NCBI GenBank assembly: GCA_016204125.1
Contig: JACQLI010000045.1
Coordinates: forward strand, 1-39,495
Reading direction: 5' to 3'
DNA: 39,495 bases
DNA from: Candidatus Omnitrophota bacterium
GTDB lineage: Bacteria > Omnitrophota > Omnitrophia > Omnitrophales > JACQLI01
The translations under genes were made by a program, and so were the position numbers. Positions 32,889 through 39,495 of the stretch are shown piece after piece. The notes under the pieces were generated by a model. The model saw only the letters and a list, made by a program, of their open reading frames with translations, was not told where the DNA came from and made no database searches. Position 1 is the first letter of the stretch. Each line of letters begins with the position of its first letter.

Positions 32889-34775
32889 ATGAAAACCTAC
32901 AAAATCTGTTTCCCGTTTTTTCTTTTCGTCCTGCTGTTTCCCCAAACCGTTTTTCCAGCAGAAGATGGCCCACCTCAGAAAAATCCTGAGTTGAAGGGCA
33001 AAGAAGAGCCGCCTGTTCGTGCGACGGTGACTACAACACGGCGGGAAATCTCCGTTGAAAAATCTACCCGTTTTGTCACGATCCTTACGCGCGAAGACAT
33101 TGAAAAATCGGGCGCCGTTTTTGTTGCGGATCTTCTTCGGGCGCTTCCTGGTGTAACGGTCGTTCAATCGGGCCCTCTGGGACGGACCACCAGCGTTTTT
33201 ATCCGTGGAATGAACTCAACACACACACTGATCATGATTGATGGAGTTGAGATCAATACGCCTAACCAAAGCTTTGCCGAACTATCTTCTCTTGCCACGG
33301 AGAATGTGGTGTCGGTGGAAAATATCGAGCGGATCGAAGTCTTGCGGGGCCCCCAAAGCACCCTTTATGGCTCCAATGCGATGTCTGGTGTGATCAACAT
33401 TGTGACCAAGGCGGGGAAGAGGCCTTTTGGCGCGGAAGGCAGGTTTGAATACGGAACGCACGAGACTTTTTACGAAGCCGGTATTATGGAGGGCCAATGG
33501 AAAGACTTTTCCTATTCAGGTTCCGTCTCCCGTATTGATACGGAAGGACCAGGCGACAATGACGGGTTTCAAAATACCCGAGCTGGGGGCCACACGAAAA
33601 TCGATGTGACAGATAACTCCAACCTTGACATGGCGTTCCACTATTTCAACTCCCTTGTCGGGCTCGACGACGGCTCCTTTCGGCTCGACCCGAACCGCAG
33701 CCAGAAATCGCGTGAGCAGATTTTGAATTCGGTTTACACTGTTGCGCTTGCGGACTGGTGGGAACAGTCGTTCAAATATTCTTTTTTTCACGACATGCTT
33801 TTTTCGATTGATCCCCAAAACCCCGGCACGACCGGCCGTGACCCCGAAGCAACTCCTTTCAAGCTTGATACGGACCGCCACACCTTTGAATATCAAAGCC
33901 ATTTTTTCATCAGGGATTTTGATGTGATCACCGCAGGTTATGAATTCGAGCACGCCCGGACCAACAACAAAAGTTTTGACCGGATCATACGCAATCACGG
34001 CTATTTTCTCCAAAATGAGCTTACCCTCTGGGAGGACTGGACCCTCATTGCAGGGGTTCGCATTGACGACAATCAATCCTTTGGTACCGAAGCCAATCCC
34101 CTTGTTTCAACAGGGTACTGGTTTGACAAAACCCAGACCAAAATCAAGGGAAGTTTTGGGCGCGCCTTTCGGGGGCCGTCTCTTAACGAACTTTTCTTTC
34201 CGGGATTTGGGAATCCTGATCTACTTCCAGAAGACAGCTGGGGAGGGGACGTGGGGATCGAGCAATATTTTTGGGAGAAGCGGATTACCACATCGGCCGC
34301 CTACTTCCACAATGCTGTTGAGAATCTGATTATCTTTACCGGTTCACCCTTGAGGCCTGAAAACGTTGCCCGGGCCAGGACACAAGGGGTTGAGCTTGAA
34401 GCGAAGGTTTCCCCGATTCCGAATCTGGAATTGAGGACAAACTACACCTACGTGAACGCGATTGATGAGGACACCCAGAAACGGCTTGTCCGCCGTCCAT
34501 GGCACTCTGGGCGAGCGGGCCTGAGTTACCGTTACAAAAGACTCCAGGCGAATTTCGACTGGGTCTTCGTAGGGGACCGTGAGGAGACTTCGCGCGGATT
34601 CCGCGAGAAAAACCCGGGCTACACAAGACTTGACGCCATGATCAGTTTCGATTTAAATAAGTACTTTCAGGTCTACTTTCGAGGCGAAAATTTAACCAAC
34701 GATCACTATGACGAAGCACTGGGGTTTGACAATCCTTCCACCCGGCTTTTTGTCGGAACAAAAGCGAGGTTCTAA
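32889..34775 (+). CDS. btuB: TonB-dependent outer-membrane receptor, BtuB-like
   Basis: GGGAAG RBS and a signal peptide are present. Plug-domain motifs are DLLRALPGV, the segment ending IRG, IDGV and IERIEVLRGPQSTLYGSNAMSGVINI. The C-terminal residue is an aromatic Phe (TKARF). It is preceded by the B12 riboswitch. Confidence 0.85.
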   Translation: MKTYKICFPFFLFVLLFPQTVFPAEDGPPQKNPELKGKEEPPVRATVTTTRREISVEKSTRFVTILTREDIEKSGAVFVADLLRALPGVTVVQSGPLGRTTSVFIRGMNSTHTLIMIDGVEINTPNQSFAELSSLATENVVSVENIERIEVLRGPQSTLYGSNAMSGVINIVTKAGKRPFGAEGRFEYGTHETFYEAGIMEGQWKDFSYSGSVSRIDTEGPGDNDGFQNTRAGGHTKIDVTDNSNLDMAFHYFNSLVGLDDGSFRLDPNRSQKSREQILNSVYTVALADWWEQSFKYSFFHDMLFSIDPQNPGTTGRDPEATPFKLDTDRHTFEYQSHFFIRDFDVITAGYEFEHARTNNKSFDRIIRNHGYFLQNELTLWEDWTLIAGVRIDDNQSFGTEANPLVSTGYWFDKTQTKIKGSFGRAFRGPSLNELFFPGFGNPDLLPEDSWGGDVGIEQYFWEKRITTSAAYFHNAVENLIIFTGSPLRPENVARARTQGVELEAKVSPIPNLELRTNYTYVNAIDEDTQKRLVRRPWHSGRAGLSYRYKRLQANFDWVFVGDREETSRGFREKNPGYTRLDAMISFDLNKYFQVYFRGENLTNDHYDEALGFDNPSTRLFVGTKARF

Positions 34776-34779
34776 AACC

Positions 34780-35277
34780 ATGAGAAAAACCATTCTTTTC
34801 ACCCTCTTTTTCACCGCTGTCTTTCTACCATTCACCCCACTGCGAGCAGAGGAGAGCTCATCGTCACCCGCTCTTTCCCTGAGCGCCGTACAGGGCGAAC
34901 CTGCTTCCATCAGTCTCCCTTTTGAATTCTTTCTTGGGAAGGATGAATGGGCACAAGGCAAAGCAAGCAAAGTCTTTACAACAGGGTTTCAAGCGCCTGG
35001 TTTCGTACTTCCTTCTCTCAAGGAGGACCCCGCGCCTATTCGTTATCCCCGCTGGGCCGTTCAAGAAGGATGGGAGGGCACCTTTATTATCGCGGTTGAG
35101 ATACTCACAACGGGAGAGGTCGATCGCTTCAAGGTGATGCAGTCGACAGGTTACAGCCTTTTGGATGAAGCTGCTACGGATGCCGTGCGTAAGTGGCACT
35201 TTCATCCCGCCCAGGAGAACGGAAAATCAATCGTGACCTGTATCCAGATTCCAATCCACTTTAGGCTCGAGGATTAA
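34780..35277 (+). CDS. TonB C-terminal-domain protein with cleavable-type signal peptide
   Basis: The ATG at 34780 is preceded by GCGAGG. The C-terminal segment YPRWAVQEGWEGTFIIAVEI...G.V....V..STGYSLLDEAATDAVRKWHFHPA matches the TonB_C fold signature. Confidence 0.7.
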   Translation: MRKTILFTLFFTAVFLPFTPLRAEESSSSPALSLSAVQGEPASISLPFEFFLGKDEWAQGKASKVFTTGFQAPGFVLPSLKEDPAPIRYPRWAVQEGWEGTFIIAVEILTTGEVDRFKVMQSTGYSLLDEAATDAVRKWHFHPAQENGKSIVTCIQIPIHFRLED

Positions 35278-35382
35278 CTTGACAGCCTGCCTCAAAGCTG
35301 ATACCGTGACTGGTTGTTTAGACCAAAACTGAGACCGCTCTCAGGGTAGTCCGTTCGCGCTCGGTCCTTAAATTGACGCAAA

Positions 35383-35420
35383 GCCGCTTCAGCGACGAGA
35401 TTAGCTGAAGCGGCTTTTTT
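35383..35420 (+). terminator. Strong intrinsic-terminator-like hairpin in the leader of the RNA-binding-protein gene
   Basis: GCCGCTTCAGC (35383-35393) pairs with GCTGAAGCGGC (35404-35414) and is followed by TTTTTT. It lies only 20 nt upstream of the ATG at 35441. Confidence 0.55.
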
Positions 35421-35440
35421 GTCATTTCAAGGAGGAAACA

Positions 35441-35776
35441 ATGGGACAAAAACTTTACGTTGGAAACCTGAGTTTTCAAGCAACTCAGGAAGAAGTTACG
35501 GAGCTTTTTCAGGCCTTTGGAGAGGTTGCAAATGTGAGTCTTGTGACCGATCGTTATTCGGGCAGATCACGCGGTTTTGCCTTTGTTGAAATGGCAAACG
35601 AAGAGGCTGCCACGAAGGCTCGTGAAGGTTTGAACGGCAAACCTTTTAAGGAAAGAAATCTCACGGTTGATTGGGCACGCCCTGAAGGCCAAGGCGGTGG
35701 GAGTGGTCCACGCCGCGGCGGTAGTGGTGGCGGCAATAGAGATCGTTCATCCAGAAGACCTTTTCGTCGTTATTAA
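35441..35776 (+). CDS. RRM-type RNA-binding protein with Gly/Arg-rich tail
   Basis: AAGGAGG RBS. RNP-2 is LYVGNL, RNP-1 is RGFAFVEM, and the C-terminal tail is GGGSGPRRGGSGGGNRDR. Confidence 0.9.
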   Translation: MGQKLYVGNLSFQATQEEVTELFQAFGEVANVSLVTDRYSGRSRGFAFVEMANEEAATKAREGLNGKPFKERNLTVDWARPEGQGGGSGPRRGGSGGGNRDRSSRRPFRRY

Positions 35777-35784
35777 GATCGAGA

Positions 35785-35810
35785 GCGGGCGCATGGTAAC
35801 ATACGCCCGC
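35785..35810 (+). terminator. GC-rich hairpin after the RBP gene (no U-tract)
   Basis: GCGGGCGCATG-gtaa-CATaCGCCCGC forms an 11-bp stem with one mismatch and a GNRA-like loop. It may be a terminator or a stabiliser. Confidence 0.35.
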
Positions 35811-35818
35811 CACCTCAC

Positions 35819-36727
35819 TTGCAGAAGGTTATCCATTTTCTTGAATATGTTGTAATCCGCCTCATCGGCGGCCTCATCAATCTCCTTCCTTTCTCCTTGG
35901 CGCTTCGAATCGCTCGTCCTGTCGGTCTTCTTGTCTTTCTGCTGGCGAAACGGATGAGAAGGATAGCACTTGAAAATTTGTGCCAAGCCTTCAAGACTGA
36001 AAAATCAGAATCTGAAATCCGACAAATCGCTCGCGAATCCTTCGTCTACCTTGCTGAGTTTGGTGCGGAGTGGTTACGAATGCCGAAAATTGCAAAGAAC
36101 CCCAACCGCTATCTTGGGATTGAAGATGTAGACCGAATCCACGATGCGTTAAAAGATGGAAATGGAGCCATTCTTCTTGTTTCGCATGGCGGAAATTGGG
36201 AGATCATGGCTTTAATCGGAGGATTTTTGATTGCAAAACCGATCAATGGGATCATTTATGCTTTGGCTCGGCCGCTTAAAAACCCCTATTTTTACAATCG
36301 TGTCATAGAACTTCGTAGTCTCTTGGGACTTAAGAGTATCACTAAAGTAGGAGCAGTGAGGGAGACTTTCAAGCGCCTTAAACAGAATGCAATCGTCTCT
36401 CTTTTGATTGATCAGCGTGTCGGCGAAGGGAGTGTGGAGTGTCAATTTTTTGGTCGGCCCGCACTGACCACAAGCCTTCCTGCCCTGGCCGCCCTTCGTT
36501 TGGGGACTCCGATATTTTACGTTTCTCTCCCCCGCGGAGCGGGACATCGTTACGTGATGAAGGTTGAAGGACCTATACCGATCGAGAAAACAGGAGATCT
36601 CAAAACGGATATCCAGATTAACACTCAGCGTTTCAATGATAGGATTGAAAGCAATATCCGAACGAATCCTGGCCGCTGGCTTTGGATGCACAATCGCTGG
36701 CGTGTCCAGCATGGTGCTAAGGATTAG
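35819..36727 (+). CDS. Lipid A biosynthesis lauroyl/myristoyl acyltransferase family (LpxL/HtrB/MsbB-like)
   Basis: TTG start. The N-terminal hydrophobic segment, the catalytic-type motif SHGGNWE (HxxxxE/D) and the tail NPGRWLWMHNRWR (P.Q..W.H.R.K-like) are present. Confidence 0.8.
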   Translation: MQKVIHFLEYVVIRLIGGLINLLPFSLALRIARPVGLLVFLLAKRMRRIALENLCQAFKTEKSESEIRQIARESFVYLAEFGAEWLRMPKIAKNPNRYLGIEDVDRIHDALKDGNGAILLVSHGGNWEIMALIGGFLIAKPINGIIYALARPLKNPYFYNRVIELRSLLGLKSITKVGAVRETFKRLKQNAIVSLLIDQRVGEGSVECQFFGRPALTTSLPALAALRLGTPIFYVSLPRGAGHRYVMKVEGPIPIEKTGDLKTDIQINTQRFNDRIESNIRTNPGRWLWMHNRWRVQHGAKD

Positions 36728-36767
36728 GCCATTGCAGCAGTAAAGGAACATTGCTAAGCTATTCCCG

Positions 36768-37349
36768 ATGAGACTGACTCGAATCTATACAAGGACAGGG
36801 GATAAGGGCGACACAGGTTTGGCTGGAGGGGTTCGAGTCGGCAAAGATTCAGACCGTATCGAGGCCTACGGCACGGTCGACGAACTTAATTCCATTGTAG
36901 GCATTGTTCGAAGTTTTTTTAAGGAAGTTTCCAACCGAGAAATTTTTCAAAAACTGGACCCCCGTCTTTATAAAATGCAAAATATTCTTTTTGTTGTGGG
37001 TGCTGATCTTGCAACCGCTCCTGGGAAGACTTATCCCAACCGTGTTGTCGTCCAGGAAAAACAAGTCACCGAACTCGAAAATTGGATCGATGAGTGGCAA
37101 GCGGATTTAAAGCCTCTTCCTGAATTTATCCTTCCAGGGGGAGGGAAGATCGCTTCCTTTCTTCATCAGGCCAGAACGGTTTGTCGTCGCGCTGAACGGA
37201 TCGTCATTCGCTTATCAAGGAAAGAAGAAGTTCGACCCGAAGTGATCCACTACCTCAACCGCTTAAGCGATGCTCTTTTTGTCCTCGCTCGCTGGGTTGC
37301 CTTGAAACTTAGCGAGGAAGAAACCTTGTGGGATCGGAGCATTGAATAA
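36768..37349 (+). CDS. PduO-type ATP:cob(I)alamin adenosyltransferase
   Basis: The N-terminal IYTRTGDKGDTGL motif, YGTVDELNS and LPGG....LHQARTVCRRAER are hallmarks of the family. Confidence 0.9.
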   Translation: MRLTRIYTRTGDKGDTGLAGGVRVGKDSDRIEAYGTVDELNSIVGIVRSFFKEVSNREIFQKLDPRLYKMQNILFVVGADLATAPGKTYPNRVVVQEKQVTELENWIDEWQADLKPLPEFILPGGGKIASFLHQARTVCRRAERIVIRLSRKEEVRPEVIHYLNRLSDALFVLARWVALKLSEEETLWDRSIE

Positions 37350-37351
37350 GG

Positions 37352-37708
37352 ATGGCGATACGTTGTCCCAAGTGTGGACAGGAGCATGACGTCGCCCTTT
37401 TCCAATTTGATCGGAAAATCCGCTGCACCTGCGGAAAAGAGCTTGATCTTTCCCTCATCGAAACCATCAAGGATTTTGAACGCTACTTTGAAAGTGTTGA
37501 AGAACAAGAGAAAGCTCGTGAAATCCAGCAGGAAGCAAGCCGAATCTGCCAAATGATCCTTGATGAAAACTGTCCTGAAGTGGACATTGAGATCGCCAAA
37601 GCGAAACTCAAAGATCGAGTAGTCGAACTCTTTCCAGACAAGCTTTCTCTCTACGAGATGATCTACGAGGCGCGCTTCAAACGCCTCTGGGAGCAGTTTA
37701 GACGGTAG
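37352..37708 (+). CDS. Hypothetical protein with N-terminal zinc-ribbon-like CxxC...CxC motif
   Basis: The start lies 2 nt after the adenosyltransferase stop. CPKCG...CTCG is followed by a helical acidic region. The TAG stop lies inside the GTAG head of the 28-nt palindrome. Confidence 0.5.
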   Translation: MAIRCPKCGQEHDVALFQFDRKIRCTCGKELDLSLIETIKDFERYFESVEEQEKAREIQQEASRICQMILDENCPEVDIEIAKAKLKDRVVELFPDKLSLYEMIYEARFKRLWEQFRR

Positions 37709-38498
37709 GGGCGATTCGCGAATCGCCCCTACAGCCAAGAAGTTTATTCAATCGATCAGGATAGTCTGTGATAATCCCGTCAGCCCCGTTTTTCAAAAGT
37801 CTTTCCATCTCAGGAATTTCATTGATGGTCCAATAACAGACCCGAATTCCTTGACGATGGAGAAACTCAATCCAACGAGGACGATCAAGACGGATTTGGT
37901 ATCTCTCGCAAGGGGAAAAGGCAAATCGATTAGAAAAAGAAAACTTTTTGAAGCCAAGCCGAAACGCAAGATAACCTTTGATCGCTTCTGGTGCTGAGAA
38001 GATTCCTTCAACTTCTCTTGGAGCAAGACGCTTTAATTCATTGGCAATCTTTCCGTCAAATGAGCCTATCAGAAGAGGAGCTTTTCTAGGAGAACGTTCG
38101 ATCGCACGCAGGATGTTTGACACAACTTCGACCCCTTTATCTTTGACTTCCAGACAAAACTTGGTTTCAGGAAATGTTGTTAGGATTTCTTCAAGGGTGG
38201 GAATTTTCACTCCTGCAAGACCGACATCTAACTGTTTGAGTTCTTGGAGAGAATGTTTCCTCACAAGACCCCTACCATTTGTTACTCGTTCAAGTGTCTC
38301 GTCATGAAAGACGACGGGAATGCCTTCTTGGGTCAAGCGGAGATCAACCTCAACCATATCCACTTTGTATTTGCGTATGGCGAGATCGATGGCGGGGATT
38401 GTATTTTCAGGCGCCTCGGCTGAAGCTCCTCGGTGAGCGATCCTGACAGGGAAATGCTCGAAAAAAGGGTCTTTAAACCCTAAGTTGTCTTTCTGCAT
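37698..38498 (-). CDS. Glycerophosphodiester phosphodiesterase (GDPD/UgpQ family)
   Basis: Motifs present are IAHRGAS...PENT, VEVDLRLT.DG.PVV.HD, the LEVK motif and the C-terminal GADGIITDYP. The ATG at 38498 overlaps the helicase end by 26 nt. The last 11 or so codons read through the palindrome. Confidence 0.8.
   Translation of the reverse strand: MQKDNLGFKDPFFEHFPVRIAHRGASAEAPENTIPAIDLAIRKYKVDMVEVDLRLTQEGIPVVFHDETLERVTNGRGLVRKHSLQELKQLDVGLAGVKIPTLEEILTTFPETKFCLEVKDKGVEVVSNILRAIERSPRKAPLLIGSFDGKIANELKRLAPREVEGIFSAPEAIKGYLAFRLGFKKFSFSNRFAFSPCERYQIRLDRPRWIEFLHRQGIRVCYWTINEIPEMERLLKNGADGIITDYPDRLNKLLGCRGDSRIAPTV
37705..37732. repeat. Perfect 28-nt REP-like palindrome GTAGGGGCGATTCG/CGAATCGCCCCTAC
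   Basis: The two 14-nt arms are exactly complementary. The element lies at the junction of two convergent, overlapping genes. Confidence 0.8.
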
Positions 38499-39495
38499 CG
38501 ACAATATCCCTATTGATAAGCGCCCGCGCACGTTCAGCTGCGGCCTTCAGTTTGCCTGAAACATGCGGGGCGTGTACGAGTTCTCTAAGAAGTTGGATGA
38601 CCATTCGAAGGTCGCGCACCAGTTCTCCTTCATCGACCGTTGTCAATCGAAGAAGTTTTTCAAAAGTTTCTCCTCTTGCCCAAGCCTCGATCGATTGGGC
38701 GAGGTGGAAATGAGGCGGCCTTGTAAAGGAGAAGATTCGGAATTTGGTCTCTCTTTTATGAATAGAACCGAAATAGTGGGTGACCGCACCTAGAAGTTTC
38801 TCGTGTTGTCGATTGAGACGAGGAGGATGATCCCCCTTCCTTGGTTCAAAGATAAGTCCTGCAAGGAGGACGCTGAGTTGAAATTCATCCAGCTCTTCAA
38901 GGATTCCGTTTTCGTGGAGCTCTGAGAGCAGAAGCTCGTACCCGAAAAGAGAGGCTGCAAATTCCCCTTTAGAGGTAAGCCCCTTCTCGGTAAGGTAACC
39001 CATCTCTCCCAGAAGAGCTAATTTTCTTTCGATCGATTCAAACCCCTCTTTGCGCACTTTCTTTGAGGACTGGTAATAGTGAAAGGTTCTGGGATAGATA
39101 TCGATAAGACCTCGGCCATGTTCACGGTAGAGGTTAAGAAGAGTTGCATAGGTAGCGTTGAATTGGCTTCGTATCGGTTCTGTCCTGCCATAGAGGATTC
39201 GTTCTACCTCGTGGTAGGGAATATCTTGAGGATGAATCCGAATATAGACAAAGCCCTTTTCATCCATGCCGCGCCGTCCTGCCCGTCCCGCCATCTGGTA
39301 GAAATCACGTGTCGTAAGGTTTTTGAACCGCGAGCCGTAAAACTTTTCAAGCTCATCAAAGACAACACTCCTGGCTGGCATATTGATCCCTAAAGCAAAG
39401 GTCTCGGTGGTGAAAATGAGTTTAATCAGGCGACTCGTGAATAACTGCTCAATCACTTCTTTAAGCGTAGGAAGCATACCTGCATGATGGTAGGC
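38473..39495 (-). CDS. Ski2/HelY-like DEAD/DEAH-box helicase, C-terminal part (RecA2 end plus DSHCT-like domain); 5' end outside the window
   Basis: The frame is open to the window edge (AYHHAGMLPTLKEVIEQLF..LIKLIFTTETFALGINMPARSVVF, QMAGRAGRRGMD). The C-terminal segment W..GE.F......T.VDEGELVR...R..QLL is DSHCT-like. Confidence 0.85.
   Translation of the reverse strand, partial: AYHHAGMLPTLKEVIEQLFTSRLIKLIFTTETFALGINMPARSVVFDELEKFYGSRFKNLTTRDFYQMAGRAGRRGMDEKGFVYIRIHPQDIPYHEVERILYGRTEPIRSQFNATYATLLNLYREHGRGLIDIYPRTFHYYQSSKKVRKEGFESIERKLALLGEMGYLTEKGLTSKGEFAASLFGYELLLSELHENGILEELDEFQLSVLLAGLIFEPRKGDHPPRLNRQHEKLLGAVTHYFGSIHKRETKFRIFSFTRPPHFHLAQSIEAWARGETFEKLLRLTTVDEGELVRDLRMVIQLLRELVHAPHVSGKLKAAAERARALINRDIVDAERQLRV

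Noticed and set aside
32534-33167. ORFs over the riboswitch region (32534-32737 +, 32613-33167 -)
   Set aside because: They cover a well-formed cobalamin riboswitch and the start of the receptor gene. The proline- and glycine-rich translations derive from the G/C hairpin.
33516-34076. 186-aa antisense ORF within the TonB-dependent receptor gene
   Set aside because: The sense frame carries plug and barrel motifs throughout. The antisense frame has no features.
36212-36751. 179-aa antisense ORF within the LpxL-family acyltransferase gene
   Set aside because: The sense frame has the HxxxxE-type acyltransferase motif and the family C-terminus. The antisense ORF has no support.
37250-37738. 162-aa minus-strand ORF (MAVGAIRESPLP...) opposite the zinc-ribbon gene
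   Set aside because: It starts by translating the 28-nt palindrome and runs antisense to two tightly coupled + strand genes. It has no independent signal.
1-39495. Search for CRISPR arrays, tRNA/rRNA genes, transposases, integrases, toxin-antitoxin or restriction-type defence genes
   Set aside because: By eye I found no direct-repeat/spacer array, no cloverleaf-like or rRNA-like segment in the intergenic gaps, and no ORF with recombinase, nuclease or defence-type motifs. The window reads as core respiratory and envelope chromosome rather than an accessory island.

Overview
This window looks like ordinary chromosomal DNA from a diderm, oxygen-respiring bacterium whose lineage I cannot place. 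Coding density is about 90%. I found no rRNA, tRNA, CRISPR array, transposase, integrase or phage gene. All family assignments below come from motifs read by eye. No database search was run.

The content is mostly respiratory and envelope functions:
- **nt 1-6679, b6-type Rieske/cytochrome b module.** It runs ccsA, a HEAT-repeat protein, Rieske, cytochrome b6-like, an extended subunit IV-like protein, and a 931-aa membrane-anchored octaheme cytochrome c with a long K/E-rich coiled-coil stalk.
- **6755-8964.** MlaE, MlaF and MlaD.
- **9003-12615.** A mixed block: an ArsC/Spx-like protein, an SGNH hydrolase with a TPR insert, a SemiSWEET-like protein, an SDR and a small methyltransferase.
- **12678-22440, one tightly coupled + strand cluster.** A mini YdbH-like protein, YnbE (missing from the ORF track) and YdbL are followed by coxB, coxA, coxC and coxD. 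Next come two small membrane peptides, a cupredoxin-like protein, ctaA, ctaB, a TIGR01777-type SDR, SCO1 and DUF420/CtaM.
- **22422-25250.** A second cupredoxin paralog with a DUF4430 protein, then an alternative-oxidase-like di-iron protein, a PNPOx-like protein, a small membrane protein and a 2x[4Fe-4S] ferredoxin.
- **25277-28773.** A CheY-like regulator, a soluble PAS histidine kinase and an internally duplicated membrane protein.
- **28883-39495.** PepA, a TrpD2/YbiB-like protein, a Lon N-terminal domain protein, a cobalamin riboswitch controlling a BtuB-like receptor plus a TonB C-terminal domain protein, an RRM RNA-binding protein, an LpxL-family acyltransferase, a PduO-type adenosyltransferase, a GDPD and a partial Ski2/HelY-like helicase.

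Non-coding structure worth noting:
- A family of GTAGGGGC...GCCCCTAC REP-like palindromes, with four copies. Two sit in tandem between coxB and coxA.
- A second GGGTCAAG-type inverted repeat.
- Two promoter-like -10 boxes placed to give leaderless mRNAs.
- A terminator-like hairpin inside the leader of the RNA-binding-protein gene.

The best candidates for undescribed biology are the octaheme/coiled-coil bc-type complex and the cupredoxin, small-peptide and SDR accessories of the oxidase cluster.
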